The position numbers and the translations under genes were made by a program. DNA of 64,000 nucleotides from Octopus vulgaris (lineage: Eukaryota): NCBI GenBank assembly GCA_951406725.2, contig OX597816.1, forward strand, positions 99,882,001-99,946,000. The letters are read 5' to 3'. The notes under the pieces are model-generated. The model did not search any database. It was not told the DNA's origin and saw only the letters and a list, made by a program, of their open reading frames with translations. How positions within the stretch are numbered: the first letter of the stretch is position 1; each line of letters opens with the position of its first letter. Of this stretch, positions 13,752 to 26,729 are shown piece after piece.

Positions 13752-14142
13752 ATTATTATTATTCATGTCACTGCCTGGAATCAAACTTGGAATCTTGGGG
13801 TTAGTAGCCTGCACTCTTAACCACTACACCCATGGGCATATGGCATAGTGGTTTAGAGCGCAGGCTACTAACCCCAAGATTCTGAGTTCGATTCCAGACA
13901 GTGATTTGAATAACAATAACAATAATAATAACGATAACAACAACATCGAAAAATACCTTAGGAATGAGAATCCAGGTTCGAAATTTCCCCAAGATACCTG
14001 ATGAAAGCTGGTAGATAGATCAACAAATATCCGTCAATTGTAAATAATGAAAATAAGTACTAGTTGAGCACTGGGGATCAATGTAATGGACTATTCCCTT
14101 GGATCAAAATTTCAGACTTTGTGCCTATGGCAGGAAGGATTT
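13255..14142 (+). mobile_element. Meta-like SINE split in two by a palindromic insertion
   Basis: 5' half ends gataaaataagtac at 13376; 3' half resumes aaaataagtactagttgagcactgggg at 14050. Confidence 0.8.
13377..14049. mobile_element. Palindromic non-autonomous element: head-to-head tRNA-like heads, (AAC/AAT)n tracts and hammerhead-bearing tails
   Basis: 13413-13555 is mirrored by 13943-14049, and 13765-13830 by 13838-13905. An 11-bp duplication aaaataagtac lies at 13366-13376 and 14050-14060. Confidence 0.8.
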
Positions 14143-14675
14143 AAGGTTGTAAAATAACTCACAACAGTGAACTGGACTGTATCAAATTGAATATAACCAC
14201 CACTCACTTGAAAATCTGCCTTTGTACTAAATTTAGAAATTCATATTTAAAAAGCAAAAATACATACATTATTTCTTAACTTTAATAAGTGCATAGCAAG
14301 GTAGCTACTTGAATTCAGGTAATGTACACATTAGTGATATAAGTGGTATTAGGCAGTACAAAAATTAACTTAACTTGTGTAAAGTGAAGTGGCACCAACT
14401 GGGAACGGATATCAAGTTATGGACGTGGCCCATTGAAACCACTTAAGAATCATTCTTTTTTTTTTTTTATTAATACACACATTCAGTCCTCTGTAACAAC
14501 ATCCCACTCACAACAAAATATTCTATTCCAAAATATATATCTATGACAGCACATTTACCATGACGCATTGTCTACCACGACACTTCACCTGCTAGAAACA
14601 ATTGCCAAATATCCCTTAAGCTATGTCCTTCTGTTTTAAAAAATGGGCATGTAAAATAATTAATTGTATGTACGT

Positions 14676-15830
14676 ATCATCATCATCATCATTTAACGTC
14701 TATTGTCCATGCTGGCTTGGGTTGGATGGTGTGACCAGAACTTACAAGCTGAGGAGCTGCACCAAACTCTAGTCTGATTTGGCATGTTTTCTACAGCTGG
14801 ATGCCCTTCCTAACATCAACAACTTTACAGAGTGTGCTGGGTAATTTTATGTGGCACCACATCGGTGTTTTTGCATGATGCTGCATGGGCGCTTTTACAT
14901 GTCACTGCACAGGTGCTTTTACATGGCACCACATGGGTGTTTTTACGCAGCACTTCACAGGTGCTTTACATCATCAGAAGGATTGGTCTTAACACTTCTA
15001 CCGTGGAGTACAGACTTCCTGAGTACAGTAAAATGCCAGGTATCTCGGTCCTTTGTCATCTCGCCTGAAAGGGTCAGCTTCCTGAGGTCGTTCTTCAGTA
15101 CGTCATCTCATGTCTTCCTGGGTCTCCCACTTCCACATGTTCCATTCATTTTGAGAGATCAGCACTTCTTTATGGAGTTGTAGGCATCCCTTTGCATCAC
15201 ATGACTAAACCACCACAGTCTTTTCTCTTACACACAGCAGCTAATTCCTCTTATGCCTAACTTCTCTCTCAGAACACTGGCACTCTGTCACACATGTACA
15301 ATTACATTACACATCCAGAAGAGCATACTAGCCTCATTTCTTTCTAACCTTCTCATGTCCCCTGCATTCAGGGCCCATGTCATACTACCATCTATAATTG
15401 TTGTCCATATGCATGCATCATACAATCTTCCTTTCACTTGGAGAGAGAGACCTTTCATGCCCAACAAAGGTAACAACTCTTTGAATTTCCTTCATCCTAT
15501 TCTTATTCTAGTTATCACACTCTTTATGCATCCTCACCACTACTTATTTGATCCCCCTAGGTAGATCTACTACCTCTAATGGGCAACCAAGGCATTTCAG
15601 AGTATCAGTTTCCTGAGTCTCTAAAATTTTTATGGATCTTGTGCATCTTCCACATACAGAAACTACCTTTTCTGATAACCTCCCAGTTAACTCACTGCAC
15701 CTCTTGTGTATCCATAGCTTACACTAGATACACTCTATGGAGTTCCTGCCTACACCTTTCCTACAAATTGATGCTTCAAGTCCCAAACAAAATCCAGCAG
15801 TACATCTTTATCTTAGCTTATCCATAAACT
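14676..15830 (-). mobile_element. 5'-truncated RTE LINE with a ~22-bp 3' UTR array
   Basis: Minus ORF LPLLGMKGLSLQVKGRLYDAC...TWALNAGDMRRLERNEASM; (CAT)n tail at 14676; units ggtgcttttacatggcaccaca at 14830-14970. Confidence 0.9.
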
Positions 15831-16704
15831 CAAGAATGAATCAACTTCTTAGACACTTAAGTGGTCTGTAGTTGCCCACAGCAAACCATGCAGTGGCTAG
15901 AATAGCAAGTATGGTCTCTGCATAACCGAAGTCATATTATGCAATCCACAGATTGCCTTAAAGAACACATAATGAACAGCATAATTTTCACATGAAGACA
16001 TTGATTTCACAATCTATTCTCAAAATGCAAATAACAACACCCCCACCGCATCATTTCTCCTATCATTCATAGACATCTCCCCCTTATTTACCAGCATAAC
16101 CACTAAATATTATACCACCAATATTTTCCCATTATATTGCCTTTAACTCATTGTTGTTTATATCTATCTATCTTATCTTTCCTTATCATTTACACCCTTT
16201 TTTCTTATTACACCGGCCTCCCCTACCCTTTGTAAATTTACAAGCATATACACCCACATGCACCTCTAGTATTTCTTACAGAAAGCACACTTGCGCGTAC
16301 AACAATATTTATTCCTTACTTTTCAATTTGTAGTATTTACTACATTTCTTCCCCATTCTCTCATGAATTTCAGTTCTACTACTACTTCATCACTTCAAGC
16401 ACACCTTTTCCTCCCTTTGAACCAAAAATGCTTCCCCACTCTCTCCTTTTCCAACATTATCTTTTCTTTCAAATACCACTCCCCTTATAGCATACTATGC
16501 AAGAATTTAAAGAAGGATGGCATTATATAATAAACTACACCTAGTATGGAGTTAGAGGAAATGGCAAATCAGATATCAAGGAAAGCTATCAGTAGGGAAT
16601 AGTCTAATTATTAATAATGTAGAATGTGAAACAGGTGGCGATGATATCAAAATTAGATGGTGTAATCACCTTAGTGTAAATCAGATGAAGCAACTCAAGA
16701 CATG

Positions 16705-16897
16705 CGTAGCCGTATTTCGTATGTCGTTACGTTCCGGGTTCAATTTCCGCCGAGGTCGACTTTGCCTTTCATCCTTTCGGGGTCGATAAATTAAGTACCA
16801 GTTACGCACTGGGGTCGATGTAATCAACTTAATCCCCTTGTCTGTCCTTGTTTGTCCCCTCTGTGTTTAGCCCCTTGTGGGTAGTAAAGAAATAAAA
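16705..16897 (+). mobile_element. Young Meta-like SINE (CpGs retained)
   Basis: gttcaatttccgccgaggtcgactttgcctttcatcctttcggggtcgataaattaagtaccag, with an A-rich tail. Confidence 0.85.
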
Positions 16898-17329
16898 TAG
16901 TTGTGGGTAAGAGGTTTGGATAGTGTATTCTATCTACTATAACATGCACTGCTCAAAAAACTATGTTGATGTAAGGAGTACTTTCCTAGTAGAAATGAAA
17001 ACAAATTGTCTAGGGTGTGCAGGCAACTACTAGAGGTTAAGTATCAGTCATCGCTATTGCATAATACCAGGTACACCACGGATAGAATGGTTAGCTCCTT
17101 CAATATAGCATACCATGCAAGTATAGTAAGCGTAGTTAAAAGATATTAGTAAAGGGAAGACGAGAATAGGAGGACTCACAAACGAATGGGTAAATTGATA
17201 GATTAAATGGTCAATGAAAGAGGGAGTAACTTAGATTGGACCTAGGTTGGGGGCTATTATAGAGGTTGTTTAATGTCCTTAAAGTATTTAAATGTGTGGG
17301 TAGCCTAATGCATACAGGAAAGATGAAGG

Positions 17330-17700
17330 TCTAGTTTATTATTTAGTAGATTTTCTCAATTAGATCTCCTTAAAATTTCAAATAGCACTATGCACCAAAG
17401 TCTGCATCCATATCTACAGTTTAAGTATGGTTTAGCAATCCTAATGATGTCCCAACTCAAATCAAATTTAACATTGTTGCCCTTGAGCTCTCAAATCTTC
17501 ATGGCTAGAAACCTCCTGCCAGCCCTTTGTCTTAATTTAAAAGATGAATAGTAATTGCATAAGCACCCCTTGAGATTTACAGAGCAGCTAATATAAGGAT
17601 AAGTATTGGACTCCATTACATCACATTTGTAAACCACATTTTCCGCTAAACATTGACGAGAAAGTGGACAAGATGTTTTGTCTAAACAATTGCACCCAAT
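17330..17700 (-). mobile_element. Penelope-like element GIY-YIG endonuclease remnant
   Basis: Minus strand reads CPLSRQCLAENVVYKCDV...YISC...NYYSSF...KI*ELKGNNVKFDLSWDIIRIAKPY...CRLW, matching the PLE endonuclease pattern. Confidence 0.75.
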
Positions 17701-17885
17701 ATTTTATAATACTTGAAATTTCGTTTTGGGTATGTGATCCAACATTATTATTATGTTATAAGTTCAAGCTTGCAAGAGTTACTGGTGTTTGCATGGCAGT
17801 TGCTGTGGTTTATATTACTATAATCAATACTATTTTGTTAACATAGGTAATTGTGCCTGTAGCATGTATGTATATATATATATAT

Positions 17886-18090
17886 ATGAAGGGGTATTAA
17901 AAAGTTCTTGGCTTTGGGTAAAAAAAAATACAGGAGGATCAGTTAATTTTGATCTTATTCAACTCATTCCCTGCTCAGATTCCCACACTTATTGCAGCGG
18001 TTCTTTAGTTTTTCTAAGCCCTGTAAAAGAACTCATAAGTTTGGGCCTTTCATGGTACCCTTAAAGCCAGAAACTTTTCCGCACCTCCTG
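17886..18090. mobile_element. Mariner-type MITE
   Basis: Imperfect terminal inverted repeats gaaggggtattaaaaagttcttggcttt and aaagccagaaacttttccgcacctcc; inserted in a TA/TG run. Confidence 0.7.
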
Positions 18091-19899
18091 TGTGTGTGTG
18101 TGTGTGCATGTGCGAGTGTGTACACTATCTTTAAAAAATTCCTTTGAACATAGATTTGCTTGACCAGAGTAGACTGAAGCTAACCTCTTCCCCTACAACT
18201 AACTCAACAGCCACACATGATAATACTTTTCTCTATACACAAGTCATTCTTTGATAAGAAACCTGGTTTAGCTACGTTATCACTGAAGCAAAGAGAGACC
18301 CTCTACTTAGTCATTCAGCATGCTAAAAACCAAAGCCAAATTTTCTTTAAATGCACTTTTTCAGATAAGAAACCTAGTTGGCTCAAATTTTATTGCAATA
18401 TATGAGATTGCTAAACAGTTAACTGCATGTGACATACTTCAGTTTATTACACTGTGTCTCCACAATTCTTTTCTTCATTTGTTTTTGAATGTCTGTCTCA
18501 TACAAATCCGTTAGGACTTTGAAACTTTGTATCTTATAGAAGATTTCAATGACTTTTACCACTCTACCCTTGTTCCATGAAACATATGCTATTATGTATT
18601 ATTGTATTGCCTGGAGGGCTTTTGTCAAGCAGCCCTATACCACAGAATCAGTTAGCTATTTATTGTCTTCACAGACAAATCAAATTGGTGTCATTATCTT
18701 CAGATCAGCACTGATGGATAAGATCTATGGTCAAAGATGTTACTTAAGATCTGGTCATTCTGTTTCAGTTTCTTTTTCCAAACTTTTCCTTTTTTTTACA
18801 ATAGCAAATATGATTTTGAAGTGACATAGCTACTATTTCTAGTTGATAGGCCAACCATATGAAAGAAACTTCTTTGGCTCATGTAATATCTCACTCGGAT
18901 TGTGTAGATCAACCTTGTATTTTTTCTTTATCACAAGGAAACCTGTACTTTAAACAATTAAATTTGCAATTTTAATATCGACAAGCTATGATAAATTAAG
19001 GTTCTCATCCAAAGAAAGAGATTCTTCTCTTAACCATTTAATAGCATTAACATAAAGATAGTCTTCCCTAGATCTCACCTAATGTAAGCTATTGATTGAC
19101 AACCTTCACAAGAATATATGATGAATAATTCAGCTTAAATTAGATTCAGTCAACAATCTATCAATTTGCCAAGATCTACCAGCACCTTCATCTGAATTTT
19201 AGATATTGCTCATCTTATCAACATGAGGATTAAGTCTCAAAAGATATGAATAAAAGGCCATACTATAAAAATAAGAAATCCTTTGCCTAGCATAAGGATC
19301 TTAAAAGGTTGGAGCTATTGCCAGTTCAGTCAAAATATAGACTGTATACATGTGTGTGTGTGCATGTATTCCATGACAAGCAAAATTCTTTCATCTCCCA
19401 CATCAGCTCCATTCACTTCTCTCTCCATTTTACCTCCTTCATCTCCAATACCACCCTCAATTTCCCTGGCATAACTGTCTGTATCAACAATTCTACCCAT
19501 ACTCTGTCTACTGTTTTCTTCAAACCTACAAACTTTTTCTACATCAACTTCTCCTCCTTTCACCTTACTCATACCATATACTGCATTTTAGTCCTTATAC
19601 TCTGTATCCAGAACTCAACCCAGTGTATTTTGTTTCCTCTTGTTTACTACCTCACCAGCCTTCCCCTCCAACATATCCTCTTCTATCTCTTCTGCCATCT
19701 TCTGTTCCCTCTTCCCCATTCCTCCCTTTAAGTGCATCTGCAACCTGTACAGTCTCCCCTCCACAGATCATTCTTCCTCACCTCTGTCCCCTCTCAATCC
19801 AAACTCCACAGCCAAATCTGCCCTTTCATTTTCAACACTACTGCCCTCATTGAACCCAACCTCTGCATCTTAAATATGGGGACTCTTTCTGATGCACCT

Positions 19900-20150
19900 G
19901 CAACAACTTCATATTTATGCACAGTTCTTAAGTGGTTTTACATGGATCTTTCTCAACGATGACCTTTAATTGACTGTCATTGATGACAGATAGGCGTCCA
20001 CTATGTTCACAATTTTCAAGGCTCAGGTCTCCACTGCAAAATCGTTTAAACCAATTTCAAGCTGACCATTTACTTGAGGAAAACTTCTTAAGTAGTTTCC
20101 TAAATAGATCCGCTCTTAATTTCTATGGACATAACATCAATGTTTCAGCA
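19900..20150 (-). mobile_element. Mariner transposase N-terminal (HTH) fragment
   Basis: Minus strand reads NWFKRFCSGDLSLENCEHSGRLSVINDSQLKVIVEKDPCKTT*EL. Confidence 0.8.
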
Positions 20151-20300
20151 ATTCTGTCTGCTTCATATAGAATGAATTTTTACTTAAAATGGTTTAATTT
20201 TCTATAGTAATTTCAATCACAAGGCTAACACAGTGTAACCAAATATATTGATTGTCTATATACAGGCATTGTAGAAAGTATGATTCAGAGATTGAAGGTG

Positions 20301-20333
<33 letters not shown>

Positions 20334-20399
20334 CATGGTCTAGTGAGTTCAGAATAAGACTAAAATATCTTTTATATTTAGCAAATACACTCTGTTCAC

Positions 20400-21060
20400 C
20401 AGGAAACAATAGCATTTTCTTTACTTAATTTCAAATTCTGATTATTTAATTTCAAATTCTGTTCATTGAATGCTATTTAAAGAAATTCTAGAGAATTATC
20501 AACAGAAATTAGAAAATATTAACATCATCAGGTTAATGGAAATTCTGCCACTGAGGACAAAAGGTGGGTGAAGTATGGGCTAGGTTAATATGGTGTAATT
20601 AATGATATCTTTACATTTGTCATTTTGAGAAAATTATTCAGTTTCATTAATTTTAATTACTTTACAGATATTTTAAAATATTTTTACTATAGATATTCAT
20701 TCCATATTAATATAGATTCTGAACAATCTTGGACAGCCTGGGACATTTGCATAAATTGTCAGAATTAATTATACAAACTTACACAATTTCATTATTTCCA
20801 GCAATGATAACTGACATAGGGCTGTCCTCATTGGTTCCTGATTTCTTGATCTTTGCTTTTATTGCCCAGCACTGAGAAATGAGAAAGAATTTCAGCAGAA
20901 AAAGAAAAAGGCAGTTTGGTTAACCTGGCATAGAACTTCCATTTCTTTTCAGCCAGAAATGCAACAAGCTAGAAATGTAATGTGTCATAGTTGGTAAAAG
21001 GCATATGGAATGATAGCCTTCTGGGTTAATGAGATGACAATTCAACTCTCATCATTAATT
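20400..21060 (-). mobile_element. Possible very old LINE RT remnant
   Basis: Minus strand NPEGYHSICLLPT resembles the NYRPISLL motif; the remainder is barely recognisable. Confidence 0.35.
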
Positions 21061-22082
21061 GTATTTGACAATATTATTTACCTCTTAATAGTCCCACTGT
21101 TGATCACAGTAGATGTTTGCTACAGATAGTATTTTTCATCATTGTTATATCATTGAAGACTGCATCTTTTGATTAATTTGCACCATAATCTTGATAAAAG
21201 TATCTCTTTATTCTTCTTATACCTTCGTTTTCACTGTAAATGGATCTGATATAGTAAAACAGAAAGCAAAATATTCTGCTTAGAATACAATGAAGACATT
21301 GTAAATGGAAGGTGTCAGCTATCTCAACCAATCATATATACAAAGTACCTTGCAAAAACATAAAAAGCTACATTTTTATATTCCTAATGGTATTAGATAC
21401 AATATCAATAGTACAAATGAAGAAAGTTTCAGAAAATATGAGGTTAAAAATCCCTTCAAATTCCTCTCACCTATTCCCTTTACAAAATAAATGATTTTTG
21501 TTGCATTCTGATAAATTTGTTCACTGGATAAAGAACATCAAAAATCTTAAGATCATATATTGGGTGAAATAAAAATAATAGTAATCGGGCACCAACATTG
21601 TGTTTAGCTTTGAAGTTATGAAAGATAGTGCTGAACATGTTTTGTTACAGAGAAGAAAGAGAAGAACCACTTCATACTAATGATAACATGTCCAAATTTG
21701 TCTTCTGTACTTGCAAAGGTAAAAGTAATGTTGATCATAACTACTAATTTTTACTTAAGATTTTTAATTGTTTGACAGATTAAGCATACATTCATCCACT
21801 TAACTCTCATTTATCAGAGTGATGGCTACAAAGATAATATGATTTTTTATAAATTTACATACACTACACCAATGAAAATATGTTTATATAGCAATTCACT
21901 TATAAATATTTTGGTAAATTCCACTGAAAAGATTCAATAAGAACAAAACATGTCTCATGTCTTTTTCTATGCTGAGGTAAAACTAACATTGATATATACA
22001 TAACACATGCGTATGTGTGTGTGTGTGTGTGTGAGAGAGAGAGTGCGTGTGTGTGTATGTATGTATATATGATGTATGTATG

Positions 22083-22350
22083 TCATCATCATCATCATTT
22101 AACGTCCATCGTCCATCTGGAATGGGTTGGACAGTTTGACCAGGGTTGGTAAGCTAGAAGGCTGCACCAGACTACAGTCTGTTTTGGAATGGTTTCTATG
22201 GCTGGATGCTCTTCCTAACACCAACCACTCTGAGAGTGTAATGGGTGCTTTTACCGGCACGGGTGCCATTTGTGTGACATCAGTATCTGTCACAACTGCA
22301 GTTTTATTTGGCTTGATGGGTCTTCTTCTCAAGCTCGGCATAATGCCAAA
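22083..22350 (-). mobile_element. RTE 3' UTR fragment
   Basis: (CAT)n, tttaacgtcc, ggctggatgctcttcctaacaccaaccact. Confidence 0.85.
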
Positions 22351-23330
22351 TTGTAATTGTGTGTTGCTCATTTCTCTTGTGAATTTGTGACAAAGGTATA
22401 GATTGTTGAGGATAGTGCTGAATTCTTCCAGATTTTCTAGGGATTTGGTCCAAATTAAGAAACAATCATCAGTCAAGTTTTTCCATTGAAAAGGAATGTA
22501 TTGTTTTTGAGGATGAGTCTGACTGCATCTAGTATGAAAGTTACAGTAAATCTACGGCGGATCACTCCTCTATGTTTCTCAACCATATTTTATGGCAGTA
22601 ATTCCCAGATCATGTGGAATATTTGTATATAAGTTTGTTACATCAAAACTAACTAACAGTGAATTAGATTCTGTTGTTCTGGGTAGATGTGACAAGAAAT
22701 CAATGTCATCCCGAATGAAACTGGGTATGTGGCTATATAGTGGTTTTTGGATAATGTCAATGAGATTGCTCAGATGATGTGTAGGACAGGCTGGATCGGC
22801 TATAATGGGTCTTAGTTTAAGGTCTTTTGGGTGTAGTAGTTTTATGTATTCACTACCCTGTTCTTTTTTTTTATAGCATTTTGTATTTCTTCTGACTTGT
22901 GAGTTTTAGGTAAGTCACAGAAGTTGCTGGATTTTGACTCAAAATTGGTAATATAGTCACTTTCATTAGGAGTGAGGGAGTTAAAATGTTTTAAGACTAA
23001 ATAATTGAGTTTCTTCATGATGCAGTGGTCCATATTTGAGGGTATTTCACAGTAGAATGTTGTATCCTTCAATTGATCTTCCAGGTTATCTCCATCTCTT
23101 CAGTGTTATGAAGAGATGGAGATGGAGATAACCTGGAAGATTTCGTTGCCTCTTGGCAGAAACTGCCATAACTAACTAGCACCTACTGACAATCTGCTCA
23201 TTTGCTCAATTAATCACCTGTTCCTATATGATTATATGCTTCCACACCCTTGTCCTTGCAATTACCAACTCTTTCTATGTAACAGACTTATATACAAATA
23301 TTCCACATGATCTGGGAATTATTGCCATAT
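22350..23330 (-). mobile_element. Penelope-like element RT fragment with an inverted junction
   Basis: Minus strand LPKTHKS...PKDLKLRPIIADPACPTHHLSNLID...IPSFIRDDIDFL...LVSFDVTNLYTNIPHDLG and DDCFLIW are typical PLE RT motifs. Confidence 0.85.
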
Positions 23331-23628
23331 CTGTACTACTGATAAATGTATATGTATTCATCTAATACATTGGAATAAATATACATACCAAAATGTTTAC
23401 CAGCTAATGTCTGTGGATTTTGTATCCTTTCCACTTTCTTATTTGCTGTATAAATCAAGGGTAAACCACTTTTTACCCCCGCCCATATATAACACTCAAT
23501 TGTGAGATTGCCACACAATAAGTAGCACTTGTGTATGAATAATTGGGTACACTACCAGCAGTATATTGGATAGCTACTATCACTTAGTTGGTTTCCCTAC
23601 TTCTAACTCACACAGAAATATATATATA

Positions 23629-23659
<31 letters not shown>

Positions 23660-23689
23660 TGTATGTATGTATGTATGTATACATTTATG

Positions 23690-23845
23690 TGTGTTTGTGA
23701 TGTCCCCATAACTTAGCGGTTCAGCAAAAGAAACCGATAGAATAAACACCAGGCTTACAAAGAATAAGTCCAAGGGTTGATATTTTTGACTAAAAGGCAG
23801 TGCTCCAACATGGCCACAGTCAAATGACTGAAACAAACAAAAGAA
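23690..23845 (+). mobile_element. SINE 3' half
   Basis: gtccccataacttagcggttcagcaaaagaaaccgatagaata...ggcagtgctccaacatggccacagtcaaatgactgaaac. Confidence 0.8.
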
Positions 23846-23886
23846 TACACACACATACATACATATATACATATATATTTACATAT

Positions 23887-23942
<56 letters not shown>

Positions 23943-24849
23943 GAATTAAATGAAAATCAATTAAAACATGAAGGAAGAATCTTGAGATTATAAGCAAAAA
24001 TTGATTGACTAGGTGACTAATAAAATGTTCAAAAACAGACATGTTTTTAGTAAATCTCCTTGTTACGTGACACACTTTAGGAAATTCTGATAACATTATT
24101 TTGATTTTCCACTCAAGAGAATTTCATATGGTCCAAGTAAATATTGTTTTCCATTAAATATGACAGTTTAAGTGGTTACCTTCTGTCATCATCAAATTGG
24201 CTTATAACCCTTCTCATTTGCAATTTCTTCCTGCAACCAACATTGATGCAGATGGCAAAAATGCACGTTAAAATAACTGAAATTGTCGACTTAGTTATTA
24301 CATCTTCGTCCTCCTTAATATCAAAGCAATGCACATCACAATCTCCATCACACACAGCCATGAAACCTTTGTTTCTTCAAGCTATGTTTTTAATGCTGTA
24401 CTAGTTCTGTGCAAACTATACATTGGAGCAAATTTGCCTCATCTTTGATCTCTCTGTGACATCTAAGCTGGTGGCCAAAGTCATCCTTATAAGCATGTCC
24501 CTCCACATCTTTCGAGCTAACACCAAATCAAACAAGTGTTTTACCTGTTGCAGTACAAAGAAAACTTCTTGCAACACCCATAAGAAATCATCCCCTCAAA
24601 CCCAAACTTACATACAAGACTGACAGCAAATACATAAAGAATGTCTTTATGCATTGCACAGCATAAAAGCTCACTTGTCTCCCAAATTGAAACAGATCTT
24701 TCTGGTCTCTTACAAATATGATCTTTAAGTTTACAGAATACTCTTATTTATCACCTTTCAACAAATATAACACCATTTACAAATTCCCATTAGAAAGGCC
24801 TCAATGCCTGCTACCTGCTAAAGATATCAAGTCATTAGTTCTGCTTCTT

Positions 24850-25063
24850 TTCCCTTACTCATTTACTTGTTTCAGTCATTTGGTTGTGGCCATGCTGGAG
24901 CAACCACCTTTAGTCAAACAAATCGATCCCAGGACTTATTTTCTGTAAGCCTAGTACTTATTCTATCAGTTTCTTTTGCTGAACCGCCAAGTTACGGGGA
25001 CGTAAACCAATATCGGTTGTCAAGCGATAGTGGGGGGACAAGCACAGACACAAACATAAATAT

Positions 25064-25096
<33 letters not shown>

Positions 25097-25262
25097 GATA
25101 TACGACAGGCTTCTTTCAGCTTCCGTATACAAAATCTACTCACAAGGCTTTGGTTGGCCTGAGGCTATAGTAGAAGACACTTGCCCAGGCTGTCACACAA
25201 TGGAACTGAATCTGGAACCATGTGGTTGGGAAGCAAGCTTCTTACTACACAACCACACTGCA
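24850..25262 (-). mobile_element. Full-length tRNA-derived SINE with internal (CA)/(TA) tract, inserted in the Gypsy pol
   Basis: Minus-strand head gtggttgtgtagtaagaagcttgcttcccaaccacatggttccagattcagttcc; body and tail as at 55258-55650. Confidence 0.85.
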
Positions 25263-26477
25263 CCTTGTCTAAGTTGTTAAAACAAATTATTAAGACCAGT
25301 ATAATTTCTGTTGCCACTAATATCATTGTATAAGCATTCCAACTGTGGCCATTTCATCTTTTTTCTAGCATATGTATCCAGGTCTACATTATGCAGCATA
25401 TCTTAATACTATGAAGAAAGAATGCTATGGTTTGAGAATAGTTTTCATACTAAGTTCATTAAGCTGAAAAAAATCTAGCATAATACAGCAAAAAGAAAAA
25501 AAAATATGTGACACATTTTTCTGAAAAAGTTAGTCTCTTAATGAAATGTACCATTTTTCCTATTCCTCAAGAAGCTGCTACAGCTTTCAGAACTATTAAA
25601 ATCAATGTAGAAAATGTTTTCCCTCATGCTGTTGACAACTTCATTCCACTTACCATTGAGACCTATGTGTTAAACACTGTTCTAGCTGTAACATTATCAC
25701 AGTAGGGTGTCCTATTGATTTTCCTTGCACCCTTTCTAAAAGTGAATTGCTGCATCATTTTATTAAGAAAGAAATTTCAACAATAGCTGAATGCTTATGT
25801 AAATGACAACACTATCTTCTAGGGATTTTGCTCTCATTACCAACCAACAAAGAATCCTATTTATGTTTGATAAATCTCATAAATGCAAAATAAAAATTGA
25901 TAAAATATCACACCGGAAGGTCAAGCTCTCTCCATATCGTTTGATATTTTCCATCAATGTGGGGAAATGAATTTATACACAGATATTTTGTCTTCAGTGA
26001 GCTATTCTGTTCAACCAGATTACAAATTTCTTCTATATATTCATGATAAATTGTGCCATTCATGTGTGAAAAGTTTGTTCTATTATATAATGATAAAAGC
26101 ATCTTCCACTCCCCGTAAAAGACTTTCTTAAAATCTGCAATGACTGTGGAATATGTTCTGAACCAAAACCTGGACTACTCAGGCTATGGAACACATTGCA
26201 TTGTATTTTGTAGATACTGATCATAGTCACTATCTAGGAACAAATATCTTTTAGTGACAGCTGATGAAAACTCATATTATCCTTTTGTTTCTCATTGTAC
26301 TGGTTTCACCTCTCGAATTGTCCATCAGCATCTCAAAAACTATTTTCATTATTTGGAATAACTAAAACTATTCATAGTGATAGAAGAGCCCATTTCATGT
26401 TTCTGGAAGTCTGAAAATTTCTAAAACAACAAAAGGAATTGTACAAAATAGAACAGCCCTTCACAACCTCCAGAGGA

Positions 26478-26729
26478 TCATCATCATCATTGTTCGACCG
26501 TGGTCGAGACAATGGAATTTACCATGCTGCGCCAGACTTCACGGTCCATCATAGCATTACAGAGGTTCTGTTGCTGGATGCCTGTATCCCTAGAGATTAC
26601 ATCAGGGTAGGAGAGTGTGCACCCTCTAGTATTATGAGTAGATGGCTTCCAGAGGAGAAGAGTAGAAATTGCCTCATTTTCAGCTCTACAACAATGTCCA
26701 GCAAACTGGACTCTCCTACCTTTCACAAG
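26478..26729 (-). mobile_element. 3' end of a second RTE-type LINE family, inserted in the Gypsy integrase
   Basis: ORF end RRVQFAGHCCRAENE...AMMDREVWRSMV, (TGA)n tail, and duplication AGAGGA at 26472-26477 and 26730-26735. Confidence 0.85.

Noticed and set aside
13834-13905. tRNA gene
   Set aside because: It has A and B boxes but no convincing acceptor stem or cloverleaf, and it is part of a repeated element.
18900-19290. Minus-strand EGAGRSWQIDR resembling the GSGW motif of Polinton-type polymerases
   Set aside because: A single weak motif amid stops, with no supporting PolB motifs.
24176-24361. Minus-strand ORF read as a viral or host protein
   Set aside because: The region is better explained as the antisense of the plus-strand Gypsy pol remnant.
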